From a virus (lineage: Duplodnaviria > Heunggongvirae > Uroviricota > Caudoviricetes): a stretch of DNA of 28,665 nucleotides. Below the pieces are notes generated by a model that did not search any database, was not told where the DNA came from, and worked only from the letters and a program-made list of their open reading frames with translations. This document shows positions 16,899 to 26,346 of this stretch, piece by piece. Positions within the stretch are counted from its first letter, which is position 1; the number at the start of each line of letters is the position of its first letter. A program made the position numbers and the translations under genes. The DNA lies in IMG/VR virus record IMGVR_UViG_2740892282_000008; one strand, written 5' to 3'.

Positions 16899-18902
16899 TT
16901 AACGAACCAGATGCAGGAAGTGCAGGTGTTTTTCGTACTGGTCCAGTATGTCATTAATCAGCTGTTCCTGATTCCAGCCCATTACATCATAATTTTGGCC
17001 GCCCTCTTTGAGATAGACTTCAGCGCGATAATATCGATGTTGTTCACTCTGCTGCTCATCATTATCCAGCGCAGCGAGCGCGAAGGTCGGTGAGTTATAC
17101 CCGCGAAGCCTCACTTCATATATATAATTCAGCTCGTTGCCCAAATCGACTTCAAGGCGAATACGATCCTCGGCGGCGTCACTGATGTGGCTTATCGTTC
17201 CCTGCTTGTTAAGTTCCTCCTGAACCAGCGTCATGGCGGGTTGGATAATGTCGTCCATAAAACGTTTCACAAGAGAGCGCTTCGGCAAATACGCGATATT
17301 GCGTAACCTTCTCTGCCAGGGAATTGGGTTACGTGCAGCCGTAGGAGCAATAGTCGCCATGCTAAGGCTTTCACGCTTGGTCAAATCCCGACGCAGGGCT
17401 TTTAACAGTCCGTATATGGATATTAATAAGATAACTGAGAAGGGCAATGCACTCGCTATCGTTACGGTTTGCAACGCACTCAGCCCCCCTGCGATCAGCA
17501 GGGCAATAGCAACAACGCCCATGAGCGATGCCCAGAAAATTCGCTGCCAGACGGGCGTGTTTGCCACCCCACCTGATGCCAGAGTATCCACAACCATTGC
17601 CCCCGAATCAGCAGACGTTACAAAGAAGACGATGACCATCGCCATTGCAATGAATGACAGCACGGAAGAGAACGGGAAATGCTCCAGGAAATTAAACAGG
17701 GCAAGCGCAACATCCTGCTGAACGGTATTGGCGAGGTCAGTGGCGCCCTGGTTCATGATGAGATAGATGGCGCTGTTTCCAAACACCGTCATCCACATGA
17801 GCGTAAAGCCGGCGGGAACAAACAACACGCCAGTCACGAACTCACGAATTGTCCTGCCGCGGGAAACGCGTGCAATGAACATACCTACAAACGGCGACCA
17901 TGAAAGCCACCATCCCCAGTATAATAATGTCCAGCCCCCCAGCCAGTTGCTCGACTTGGGTTCATACGCGTAAAGGTTGAACGTTTTACTCACCAGTTCC
18001 GACAGATAACCACCCGTATTTTCCACAAATGACTTCAGCAGAAGCACAGTGGGACCCAGGCACAAGACCAGCGCCAGGAGCAACACCGCCAGGCCCAGAT
18101 TAAGCTCAGACAGGATGCGTATTCCCTTGTCCAGGCCGGACACCACCGAAATCGTCGCTAACCCCGTGATGACCACGATCAAAATGACCTGTACCGTTTC
18201 ATTGATGGGCACGCCGAAAAGATGGTTCAAACCGGCATTCACCTGCAATACACCGTAACCCAGCGATGTTGCAACGCCAAAGACAGTGCCTATCACGGCG
18301 AAGATATCAACCGCGTGGCCTATAGGCCCGTAAATGCGATCGCCGATAATGGGATAGAGCGCAGAACGCAGCGTTAAAGGCAGACCGTGACGGTAACTGA
18401 AAAAGGCCAGAATCAGCGCCACGATGGCATAAATTGCCCATGCGTGCAGACCCCAGTGGAAGAACGTCAGGCGCATGGCTTCCTTCGCTGCCGCAACGGT
18501 CTCTGGAGTGCCGACAGGTGGCGAAAGATAATGCATCACAGGTTCGGCAACGCCAAAGAACATCAGGCCGATCCCCATCCCTGCCGAAAAAAGCATCGCG
18601 AACCAGGAGTGGTAGCTGAAATCAGGCTGCGCATGGTCTGGGCCCAGCTTTATATCACCGTAACGTGAGAGTCCAAGGAACGTGACGCTCAGTAAAATCA
18701 GGGCCACAGCAAGTATGTAGAACCAGCTGGCATTCGTGAAGATTTGTTGCTGAAGTAGTTTAAAATTTTTGTCGGCGACATCCGGGAATACGGCGGCAAA
18801 GGCGACAAGAAGGAAAATTAGCAAAGCAGATGTAAAGAATACCGCTTTGTTAATCTGGCTTGTAGACTTCTTTGGGGTTGTATCATTTTCACTCATAATC
18901 AT
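16899..18902 (-). CDS. BCCT-family transporter, BetT-like (667 aa)
   Basis: Collinear similarity to my recollection of E. coli BetT, including LSELN, WTLLYWGWWLSWSPFVGMFIARVSRGRTIREF and the cytoplasmic C-terminal extension ending DILDQYEKHLHFLHL. Confidence 0.9.
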   Translation of the reverse strand: MIMSENDTTPKKSTSQINKAVFFTSALLIFLLVAFAAVFPDVADKNFKLLQQQIFTNASWFYILAVALILLSVTFLGLSRYGDIKLGPDHAQPDFSYHSWFAMLFSAGMGIGLMFFGVAEPVMHYLSPPVGTPETVAAAKEAMRLTFFHWGLHAWAIYAIVALILAFFSYRHGLPLTLRSALYPIIGDRIYGPIGHAVDIFAVIGTVFGVATSLGYGVLQVNAGLNHLFGVPINETVQVILIVVITGLATISVVSGLDKGIRILSELNLGLAVLLLALVLCLGPTVLLLKSFVENTGGYLSELVSKTFNLYAYEPKSSNWLGGWTLLYWGWWLSWSPFVGMFIARVSRGRTIREFVTGVLFVPAGFTLMWMTVFGNSAIYLIMNQGATDLANTVQQDVALALFNFLEHFPFSSVLSFIAMAMVIVFFVTSADSGAMVVDTLASGGVANTPVWQRIFWASLMGVVAIALLIAGGLSALQTVTIASALPFSVILLISIYGLLKALRRDLTKRESLSMATIAPTAARNPIPWQRRLRNIAYLPKRSLVKRFMDDIIQPAMTLVQEELNKQGTISHISDAAEDRIRLEVDLGNELNYIYEVRLRGYNSPTFALAALDNDEQQSEQHRYYRAEVYLKEGGQNYDVMGWNQEQLINDILDQYEKHLHFLHLVR

Positions 18903-19144
18903 TTATTCCATTAATTAAATCCGCACTGGATAGAAGGTACTACCTCTCACAGAGTAGCAAAGTTCAACTGGCTATGCGGGGTTAATCGGAATGCATGGTG
19001 GAATGAGTGCCGATACAAATCATCCTATATTCTAAGGAGTTTTAAGTTACTCAGCCTGCCAATTACTGGGGCATTTAATTTGTATGATCTGTATCAAAGC
19101 TGGGATATAAGTTAAGTGAAGTATATTAGGCACGAATTACCAGC

Positions 19145-19168
19145 GTCTGCTCTTGGCACAAAGCGGAC
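19145..19168. repeat. Dyad element copy B: GTCTGCT-cttggcacaa-AGCGGAC
   Basis: Same 7-10-7 architecture as copies A and C; ~250 bp upstream of the BCCT start, at the cargo/phage junction. Confidence 0.6.
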
Positions 19169-19236
19169 AACCACGCTAGCTCTACCCTGTGCCACAAAAT
19201 GTCAATTTGCATCTGAACTAATGCACTTTAATCTCG

Positions 19237-19659
19237 TCACTTCAATAAATACCGAACATCCCCCTGATAAAACGACAATATGCGCTGCATAACTTCGCTC
19301 TTCCGGCACTCGCGACAGATTATGTTTAGGCGACTGTCGTAGCGACGTATTTCTCCGTCAGGTAATGACCAGATAAGGTCCGGATCAACCACAACCGGTT
19401 TCTTCAGCTTTGCCCTCGATAATTTTTTGCGGGCATTTTGCCAGTCTTTACGAGCCTGTTCAGACGGGAATAACCCGTAGCCAGAATTGTATACATCGCC
19501 ACTGGCAACCAGCTCTCTGGCCAGAACGCTCATCAGATATCTTGTTGCCCCAGTTTTAGCTTCCAGTTGTCGTAACGTCTCGCGCCCACTCTGGCGTACG
19601 AGTTCAAGAACCTGCCCTTTAATTTTTTCCCGCTCTTCTTGTGTAAAAACTTTTGCCAC
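19237..19659 (-). CDS. Hypothetical phage early protein (140 aa)
   Basis: GTG start with AGGAGGG RBS; last gene of the early-right block before the cargo; no Walker A motif, so not a DnaC-type loader. Confidence 0.6.
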   Translation of the reverse strand: MAKVFTQEEREKIKGQVLELVRQSGRETLRQLEAKTGATRYLMSVLARELVASGDVYNSGYGLFPSEQARKDWQNARKKLSRAKLKKPVVVDPDLIWSLPDGEIRRYDSRLNIICRECRKSEVMQRILSFYQGDVRYLLK

Positions 19660-19699
19660 AAGCCCTCCTGAAAATTACCTCATGACCAGAAATTAACAC

Positions 19700-20776
19700 T
19701 TACCCCCTGAAGCCCGGCGGAATTTCGTTATCCGGTTCAGAAATATGATTCACACAACGCTGGTTGTTCGTGCCGCTTACCGGGAGCAACCAGGGGTTCT
19801 CAAAATTCCGGTCCGGTCCAAAAAACGTCGTCGCTCGCTGAACAAATTCCGTTCCCGTTTTCCCGGTAGCCGCCAAGTATCTTGCGTAACGCCTCACGCC
19901 ATCCAGCATGGCCTCTGGTGGCACCCCCTCGCGTAATCTGGCCTTCCAGGCACTGAAAGCGGATTTCTTCGGGTTTGCCCCAGCACGCAACGGGTACTCC
20001 CGCCAGACCTGTTCGAACACATCCGGATAATCCACTCGTCCCACAGACTGCCCGGTGTTTTCCGGGACTACCCGATCGGCTTCCCGCTGAATGGCGGAAT
20101 CGGCTTCAGGCTGCTGCAGTTGGTGTGATTGCTCCGCCCTTGCGGTCATCACCTGCTGCACAGCGCCCGAATCGGCTTTCAGCGCATACGCTGAATCGGC
20201 TTCCGGTGTCGTGCCTGCTGGCTGACCAAGATTGACGGTCTGAACATCCCCTGCCTGGTTCGTGGCGTTTTTTACGCCATGGACCATAGTGTTTTGATCT
20301 TCTTGATCTGTATCTTTATCTGTATCTTTATCTGTCGTGACTCGTCGTGACATGTGCGTGACATTTCGTGACGCGCCGTGACAATCGCCATTTTGTTCCC
20401 GCTTTCTTTCCCTCTCTCGCTGCGCCCTCTTGCGCTCTGCAGGAGATTTTGCGGTTTGCGAAATATTGCCGTTGTCCTCTTTAAGCACCTGGCGTTTTTC
20501 CCATCCAGTGATTAAATCACCATCAAGTACCCGCCCCTGCATCGTCTGCAAAATTGAATCAATTACCTCTTCTGTCACGTCGAGCGCACTTGCCAAATCT
20601 TCTGTCGTGACATCAATGTGACCTCGCGTGACATTTCGTGACGCGCTCACCAGGAGGTGGATATACACTGCCATCACTGTTGCAATTGGCTGTCCTGACA
20701 CCCTGGCAATTGTTCGCCACTTAGGGTCATTTGGCATGTCATGCCATAATCTGAGCCAGGCGTTAGCCATACTCAC
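19700..20776 (-). CDS. Putative replication initiation protein (YdaU/DUF1376-like C-terminal domain) with internal iteron-like repeats
   Basis: 358-aa ORF in the replication position; C-terminal domain resembles YdaU-family proteins from memory; central low-complexity segment (DKDTDKDTD) and a duplicated ASRNVT motif coincide with the DNA repeats. Confidence 0.6.
   Translation of the reverse strand: MSMANAWLRLWHDMPNDPKWRTIARVSGQPIATVMAVYIHLLVSASRNVTRGHIDVTTEDLASALDVTEEVIDSILQTMQGRVLDGDLITGWEKRQVLKEDNGNISQTAKSPAERKRAQRERERKREQNGDCHGASRNVTHMSRRVTTDKDTDKDTDQEDQNTMVHGVKNATNQAGDVQTVNLGQPAGTTPEADSAYALKADSGAVQQVMTARAEQSHQLQQPEADSAIQREADRVVPENTGQSVGRVDYPDVFEQVWREYPLRAGANPKKSAFSAWKARLREGVPPEAMLDGVRRYARYLAATGKTGTEFVQRATTFFGPDRNFENPWLLPVSGTNNQRCVNHISEPDNEIPPGFRG
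20306..20382. repeat. Iteron-like array 1: two tandem 12-mers (atctgtatcttt) followed by five CGTGAC hexamers phased at 10-11 bp
   Basis: CGTGAC at 20336, 20346, 20357, 20367 and 20377. Confidence 0.7.
20574..20642. repeat. Iteron-like array 2: one inverted GTCACG plus four (C/T)GTGAC hexamers phased at 10-11 bp
   Basis: GTCACG at 20574; CGTGAC at 20606, 20627 and 20637; TGTGAC at 20617; a 21-bp exact repeat gcgtgacatttcgtgacgcgc is shared with array 1 (20356-20376 and 20626-20646). Confidence 0.7.
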
Positions 20777-20841
20777 CTCTTTTGATACCGAATCTTTTTA
20801 CTCACAAATTGCCGGAAGTGATCCGGTATGAATATTGCGAG

Positions 20842-21267
20842 TCAATGCACAGCCACAATATTTCCTGCAGGGCCACCACGATTCATCTGGTTGAAACCAG
20901 CGATCGCCACTGCGACAAAATCATCAGCGTCTCTCACCAGTCGTTCCCGCGTCTCCACTAGTTCCCGAAAATAGGCTGAGCTATGGCTGCGCATTCGGGC
21001 CACCAGCAGAGGTGGCATTGCTTTTTCGATAGCTGGTAACAACGCCTGAATTTTTTCAACTGCATCAGGGGTGTCTTTCTCTACCCAGCGGAAAATTTTC
21101 TGGGTATTGCGAGCCAGGGCTTCCGGATGGCTGTCGTCATACAGTTCTGGGAACGTCATACCCAGTTCAAAATAAGCCCTGGTTATTTCAGCTGCCGGAA
21201 CTTTTTCACCGTCCGGATGCGCCCAGGCATTCATCGCCATGCGGATGTGTTCATGCTTGATTTTCAT
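20842..21267 (-). CDS. YdaT-like early protein (141 aa)
   Basis: ATG with AGGAG RBS; follows the cro-like gene with a 17-nt overlap, as ydaS-ydaT do in Rac; name assigned by size and position. Confidence 0.55.
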   Translation of the reverse strand: MKIKHEHIRMAMNAWAHPDGEKVPAAEITRAYFELGMTFPELYDDSHPEALARNTQKIFRWVEKDTPDAVEKIQALLPAIEKAMPPLLVARMRSHSSAYFRELVETRERLVRDADDFVAVAIAGFNQMNRGGPAGNIVAVH

Positions 21268-21532
21268 GAATCAAGCTCCTAGAAAGTGGTTGTGTTAACA
21301 TTTTGGTATCTTCCAGCTCGGGCCAAATATTCATCCAATCAAAAGGCCTTAGTTGCTGACGTGTAACTTCACCATTACTGGCTCGCTCAATAAGGACACA
21401 TAACGATGCCCCTAACACTTGACCTTTACTCAATGCCTTTCTTAGATAACCGATGCTGGTACCACACTCGCATGCAAACATACGCTGTTCATCTGACGAA
21501 AGAGAATTGAGAAATATTCTTAATTCTTCCAT
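21251..21532 (-). CDS. Cro-like HTH regulator (YdaS-like, 93 aa)
   Basis: Divergent from racR across the operator region; HTH-like segment (GTSIGYLRKALSKGQ) and IERASNGEVTRQQLRPFDW motif typical of Cro/YdaS-like proteins; strong AAGGAG RBS. Confidence 0.7.
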   Translation of the reverse strand: MEELRIFLNSLSSDEQRMFACECGTSIGYLRKALSKGQVLGASLCVLIERASNGEVTRQQLRPFDWMNIWPELEDTKMLTQPLSRSLIHENQA

Positions 21533-21561
21533 AGCTACTCCTTAGTAAACACAGCAAAGAA

Positions 21562-21637
21562 TACCCATAGGTAAACAAAAGTCAATACCCACAGGTTGTT
21601 TACCTTGCAGTAATCGCATCTATTATTTACCTATGGA
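21562..21637. promoter_or_regulatory. Immunity operator/promoter region (OR-like) with three related dyad sites
   Basis: tacccataggta (21562-21573), tacccacaggtt (21586-21597) and tacctatgga (21628-21637, overlapping the racR ATG), in the 100-bp gap between divergent racR and cro-like genes. Confidence 0.6.
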
Positions 21638-22052
21638 CAAATATGAATTTAGACGACAGCAACTCATCAAAATTCGTGATGAGAAATGCGATGGTAAAGC
21701 GGTTAACGTGGCCAGAAAGATCGGGCGCGAGCCTTCTTATGTATCAAGAATGTTGTACCCAGAGGGGAAAAAGGGAAAAAAACGGATCGCTGATGATATG
21801 GTGGAGATTATCGAAGAGTCCTTTGGGTTACCCCGGGGATGGATGGATGGTATCGTTTCATCATCAACGAACACAGCCTCCAGTTATGAAACAAGGGTTC
21901 TAACGCCACGACAACGTATTTTTTTAGATCTCTTAGACGAACTGCCAGAAAGTGAAGCGGATAACTTATTAAAAACTCTTGAAGAGAAAAAACAGTATTA
22001 CAATATGATCTACGAAGAAATCCGTAAAAAGAAAGCACAAAACGCATCATAG
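21633..22052 (+). CDS. racR: Prophage repressor (RacR-like)
   Basis: 139-aa ORF with N-terminal HTH (NVARKIGREPSYVSRML), divergent from the cro-like gene and flanked on both sides by operator-like palindromes. The symbol is assigned by position and my recollection of Rac. Confidence 0.65.
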   Translation: MDKYEFRRQQLIKIRDEKCDGKAVNVARKIGREPSYVSRMLYPEGKKGKKRIADDMVEIIEESFGLPRGWMDGIVSSSTNTASSYETRVLTPRQRIFLDLLDELPESEADNLLKTLEEKKQYYNMIYEEIRKKKAQNAS

Positions 22053-22094
22053 CTCACCAAACAACTAGTCACCAGTTAAGACACCGCAAAAAGT

Positions 22095-22132
22095 TACCCA
22101 TGGGTATTTACTTTTTAAATACCTATGGGTAT
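22095..22132. promoter_or_regulatory. Second operator cluster (OL-like) downstream of racR
   Basis: Perfect 12-bp palindrome tacccatgggta (22095-22106) and near-copy tacctatgggta (22121-22132), same family as the sites at 21562-21637. Confidence 0.55.
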
Positions 22133-22306
22133 CCTTCTTTTCATACCAACCCACCCCGCCCCACAGAATGCAGGGCAATACTTCGAGTTACCAGGCAGTG
22201 GTCAGGGGTTAAGTAGCCAGCCCGAGGCGTAAGAACATGACGGCGGGATTCAAATTTTGCAGTGCAGCAGTTAGTTCCGCCACCCGGCGTTAAGGGGAGA
22301 GATAAG

Positions 22307-22441
22307 ATGGTGCATTACGAAGTAGTTCAGTATTTGATGGATTGTTGCGGTATCACTTACAACCAGGCTGTGCAGGCTTTACGCAGCAACGACTGGGATC
22401 TCTGGCAGGCAGAAGTCGCTATACGTAGCAACAAGATGTGA
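22307..22441 (+). CDS. ydaG: Small Rac early-left protein YdaG (44 aa)
   Basis: ATG with AAGGGGAG RBS; MVHYEVVQYLMDCCGITYNQAVQALRSNDWDLWQAEVAIRSNKM; below the ORF-track size cutoff. Confidence 0.6.
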   Translation: MVHYEVVQYLMDCCGITYNQAVQALRSNDWDLWQAEVAIRSNKM

Positions 22442-22451
22442 GATTCGCAAA

Positions 22452-22607
22452 ATGCAAAAAATCGACCTCGGCAACAACGAATCCCTGGTGTGCGGCGTGT
22501 TCCCCAACCAGGATGGAACGTTCACTGCCATGACGTATACCAAAAGCAAAACATTTAAAACCGAAACTGGTGCGCGCCGATGGTTGGAGAAGCACACAGT
22601 AAGCTAA
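22452..22607 (+). CDS. ydaF: Small Rac early-left protein YdaF (51 aa)
   Basis: ATG ORF MQKIDLGNNESLVCGVFPNQDGTFTAMTYTKSKTFKTETGARRWLEKHTVS; its 3' end overlaps the sieB 3' end convergently. Confidence 0.55.
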   Translation: MQKIDLGNNESLVCGVFPNQDGTFTAMTYTKSKTFKTETGARRWLEKHTVS

Positions 22608-23092
22608 CGATTAAAACGTCTACTCCTGCTGTTCCAGAATAACTTCATAAAATGGGAGTATTTTTCGGTGACGAGATAATAAGAACAGTTTGCGCTATCA
22701 CTCTGATGTTGAATGATGCCCTTCCGTTCTAATTTTTTCATAACCGGGTTACGGCAAGGAGAAGTGATAATAAGATTTCCTGTTTTAAGGAAATCTTTAA
22801 ATACAGCGATTTCTTTCTCAGATAAACGAAGCAATACTCGTTGCTCTGGTAGTAATGAATAATGCTTTTGAATATGTGCTCGCAATCTTGAGAAGGAAAT
22901 GGCGACCACGAAAGAAAAGGCAAAAACGATAATCTGAAAGAGCCAAGGTATTTCAGTATAAGCATTGAATGCGACAGTAAACTCTTTCGGTATCAGCCAG
23001 AGAGTGAGACCAAAAATGATAATCGTATACATAAGTCTTTCGAGTGGCTCGTTAGCAAAAAGTTTCAACAATGGAGTAAATACATCCAACAT
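22604..23092 (-). CDS. sieB: Superinfection exclusion protein B (SieB, 162 aa)
   Basis: Internal ATG at 23092 gives the 162-aa membrane protein MLDVFTPLLKLFANEPLERLMYTIIIFGLTLWLIP...; the maximal ORF runs to 23404. Confidence 0.75.
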   Translation of the reverse strand: MLDVFTPLLKLFANEPLERLMYTIIIFGLTLWLIPKEFTVAFNAYTEIPWLFQIIVFAFSFVVAISFSRLRAHIQKHYSLLPEQRVLLRLSEKEIAVFKDFLKTGNLIITSPCRNPVMKKLERKGIIQHQSDSANCSYYLVTEKYSHFMKLFWNSRSRRFNR

Positions 23093-23532
23093 ATCAATAA
23101 CTCTCAACTGTAAGGGTATTGAAATGTTAACACAAGCTCTCGCTGTAGGGGTATAGCCGAGACCACCGAAGCCCGGAGGTGGTGAAATAAAACCGGGCAC
23201 AACACGAAGGCGCATTTCCGATATCCATAAAGAGTCGGTCTTGTCTGTTAAATTTAAATGGTGGAGTGCGCCTCCGGTTGTAAATAACGACATTGCTGTG
23301 TGTAGTCCTGGCGGCATCAGTTTTTTTCTTGAAGTTCGGCTGATGTCCGCCCTTTTTAAAGTGAATTTTGTGATGCGGTGAATGCGGCTAAGCGCACGTG
23401 GCACAGTTAAAAGTCATGTTAGTCCTTATTGGTTTGGGTGGGAAAGCCGACTGTAATTGTTAACTGGTTGCAGTCACCTGGAGGCACCAGGCACCGCATC
23501 AACAAAGTTCATTTGTAAAAATGGAGATAATT

Positions 23533-23754
23533 ATGATTGCACATCACTTCGGAACTGATGAAATACCACGTCAGTGTGTGACTCCTGGCGATTATGTTCT
23601 TCATGAAGGCCGGACATATATTGCCTCGGCAAACAATATTAAAAAGCGAAAACTATATATTCGTAACCTGACCACAAAAACATGCATTACTGACCGCATG
23701 ATTAAAGTCTTCCTCGGTCGTGATGGTTTACCTGTAAAGGCGGAGTCATGGTGA
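23533..23754 (+). CDS. kilR: FtsZ inhibitor Kil (KilR, 73 aa)
   Basis: [46 protein letters not shown]... matches my recollection of Rac KilR; GGAG RBS. Confidence 0.8.
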   Translation: MIAHHFGTDEIPRQCVTPGDYVLHEGRTYIASANNIKKRKLYIRNLTTKTCITDRMIKVFLGRDGLPVKAESW

Positions 23755-23924
23755 TGACTAAGAAAATAAAATGTGCTTACCACCTTTGCAAAAAAGACGT
23801 TGAAGAAAGCAAAGCTATTGAAAGAATGCTTCACTTCATGCACGGGATTTTATCAAAAGACGAACCGAGAAAATATTGCAGTGAAGCTTGTGCCGAAAAA
23901 GACCAGATGGCACATGAACTTTAA
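23754..23924 (+). CDS. ydaE: Small Cys-rich protein YdaE (56 aa)
   Basis: ATG overlapping the kilR stop (ATGA); [56 protein letters not shown]; below the ORF-track cutoff. Confidence 0.7.
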   Translation: MTKKIKCAYHLCKKDVEESKAIERMLHFMHGILSKDEPRKYCSEACAEKDQMAHEL

Positions 23925-23998
23925 TTAATTGACTATTCGAAACTGAATTTATGCCAGAAATGGCAGGTATTCGCTCAACCTTAATTAAGGAGAAAAAC

Positions 23999-24274
23999 AT
24001 GATTACCAATTATGAAGCCACTGTTGTAACTACCGATGACATTGTTCACGAGGTGAATCTGGAAGGAAAGCGCATTGGCTACGTAATTAAAACAGAAAAT
24101 AAAGAAACCCCATTCACTGTGGTTGATATCGATGGTCCATCAGGCAACGTAAAAACACTTGATGAAGGTGTCAAAAAAATGTGCCTGGTGCATATCGGAA
24201 AGAATCTGCCCGCAGAAAAAAAAGCCGAATTTCTGGCAACTCTAATTGCAATGAAATTAAAAGGTGAAATCTGA
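23999..24274 (+). CDS. racC: RacC (91 aa)
   Basis: ATG with AGGAG RBS; MITNYEATVVTTDDIVHEVNLEGKRIGYVIKTENKETPF... matches my recollection of Rac RacC. Confidence 0.8.
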   Translation: MITNYEATVVTTDDIVHEVNLEGKRIGYVIKTENKETPFTVVDIDGPSGNVKTLDEGVKKMCLVHIGKNLPAEKKAEFLATLIAMKLKGEI

Positions 24275-24375
24275 AAGAAATAGCCTGCGTATGGCGCAGG
24301 CTATGAACAGTGTGTATCCGGCAAGATCATTCACTGAACAAAACGAATTTTAATCTGAGTTGAGGTTAAAAAACA

Positions 24376-26346
24376 ATGAGCACAAAACCACTCTTCCTGT
24401 TACGGAAAGCGAAAAAATCATCCGGTGAACCTGACGTCGTCCTGTGGGCAAGCAACGATTTTGAATCGACCTGTGCCACTCTGGACTACCTGATCGTTAA
24501 GTCAGGTAAAAAACTGAGCAGCTATTTTAAAGCTGTTGCCACGAATTTTCCTGTCGTTAATGACCTGCCCGCTGAAGGTGAGATCGATTTTACCTGGAGT
24601 GAACGCTATCAACTCAGCAAAGACTCCATGACATGGGAACTAAAACCGGGAGCAGCACCAGACAACGCTCACTATCAAGGCAATACCAACGTCAACGGCG
24701 AAGACATGACTGAGATTGAGGAGAATATGCTACTCCCAATTTCTGGCCAGGAACTGCCCATTCGTTGGCTTGCTCAACACGGCAGCGAAAAACCGGTAAC
24801 GCACGTTTCACGCGACGGACTCCAGGCATTACACATTGCTCGGGCTGAAGAACTACCGGCTGTTACTGCCCTGGCTGTTTCCCACAAAACCAGCCTGCTC
24901 GACCCGCTGGAAATTCGCGAACTCCACAAACTGGTTCGTGACACTGACAAAGTTTTCCCTAATCCTGGTAATTCAAACCTGGGACTGATAACTGCTTTTT
25001 TCGAAGCATACCTGAACGCTGACTACACCGATCGAGGACTGCTGACAAAAGAGTGGATGAAGGGTAATCGTGTTTCACACATCACTCGCACGGCTTCCGG
25101 TGCTAATGCTGGCGGCGGAAACCTCACCGATCGCGGCGAAGGTTTCGTACACGATCTGACGTCACTGGCGCGCGACGTAGCCACTGGCGTACTGGCCCGT
25201 TCAATGGATCTGGACATCTATAACCTTCATCCGGCACACGCTAAACGCATTGAGGAAATTATCGCTGAAAATAAACCGCCCTTTTCTGTTTTCCGCGACA
25301 AATTCATCACCATGCCTGGCGGGCTGGATTATTCCCGCGCCATCGTGGTTGCGTCCGTAAAAGAAGCACCAATTGGGATCGAGGTCATCCCCGCGCACGT
25401 CACTGAATATCTGAACAAAGTACTGACTGAAACCGATCATGCCAACCCTGATCCGGAAATCGTGGATATTGCCTGCGGTCGCTCCTCTGCCCCGATGCCG
25501 CAGCGAGTAACAGAAGAAGGAAAACAGGATGATGAAGAAAAACCGCAACCATCTGGAACAACGGCAGTTGAACAGGGAGAGGCTGAAACAATGGAACCGG
25601 ACGCAACTGAACATCATCAGGACACGCAGCCGCTGGATGCTCAGTCACAGGTAAATTCTGTTGATGCGAAATATCAGGAACTGCGGGCAGAACTCCATGA
25701 AGCCCGGAAAAACATTCCATCAAAAAATCCTGTCGATGCCGATAAATTGCTTGCTGCATCACGTGGTGAATTTGTTGACGGAATTAGCGACCCGAACGAT
25801 CCGAAATGGGTAAAGGGGATCCAGACTCGCGATTGTGTGTACCAGAACCAGCCAGAAACGGAAAAAACCAGCCCAGATATGAATCAACCTGAGCCAGTAG
25901 TGCAACAGGAACCGGAAATAGCCTGCAATGCCTGCGGCCAGACTGGCGGGGATAACTGCCCTGACTGTGGTGCGGTGATGGGCGACGCAACATACCAGGA
26001 AACATTCGCTGAAGAGAGTCAGGTTGAAGCTAAGGAAAATGATCCGGAGGAAATGGAAGGCGCTGAACATCCGCACAATGAGAATGCTGGCAGCGATCCG
26101 CATCGCGATTGCAGTGATGAAACTGGCGAAGTCGCAGATCCCGTAATCGTAGAAGACATAGAGCCAGGTATTTATTACGGAATTTCGAATGAGAATTACC
26201 ACGCGGGTCCCGGTATCAGTAAGTCTCAGCTCGATGACATTGCTGATACTCCGGCACTATATTTGTGGCGTAAAAATGCCCCCGTGGACACCACAAAGAC
26301 AAAAACGCTCGATTTAGCTTCGAATTTGGCCTTGATGAAAAGTTAA
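24376..26346 (+). pseudogene. recE: recE, C-terminally truncated (N-terminal ~640 codons retained; exonuclease domain deleted)
   Basis: Sequence from [29 protein letters not shown] to ...[17 protein letters not shown] matches my recollection of Rac RecE; after LDL the frame runs out-of-frame into recT sequence and stops after 11 codons. Confidence 0.85.

Noticed and set aside
24288-24308. Hairpin agcctgcg...cgcaggct between racC and recE as a terminator
   Set aside because: The stem is good but there is no following T-run on the + strand; more likely an RNA structural element or a chance palindrome.
25023-26202. Four minus-strand ORFs (64-147 aa) inside recE
   Set aside because: They are antisense to a well-supported long ORF, have no ribosome-binding sites and have low-complexity Arg/Phe/Pro-rich composition typical of spurious frames.
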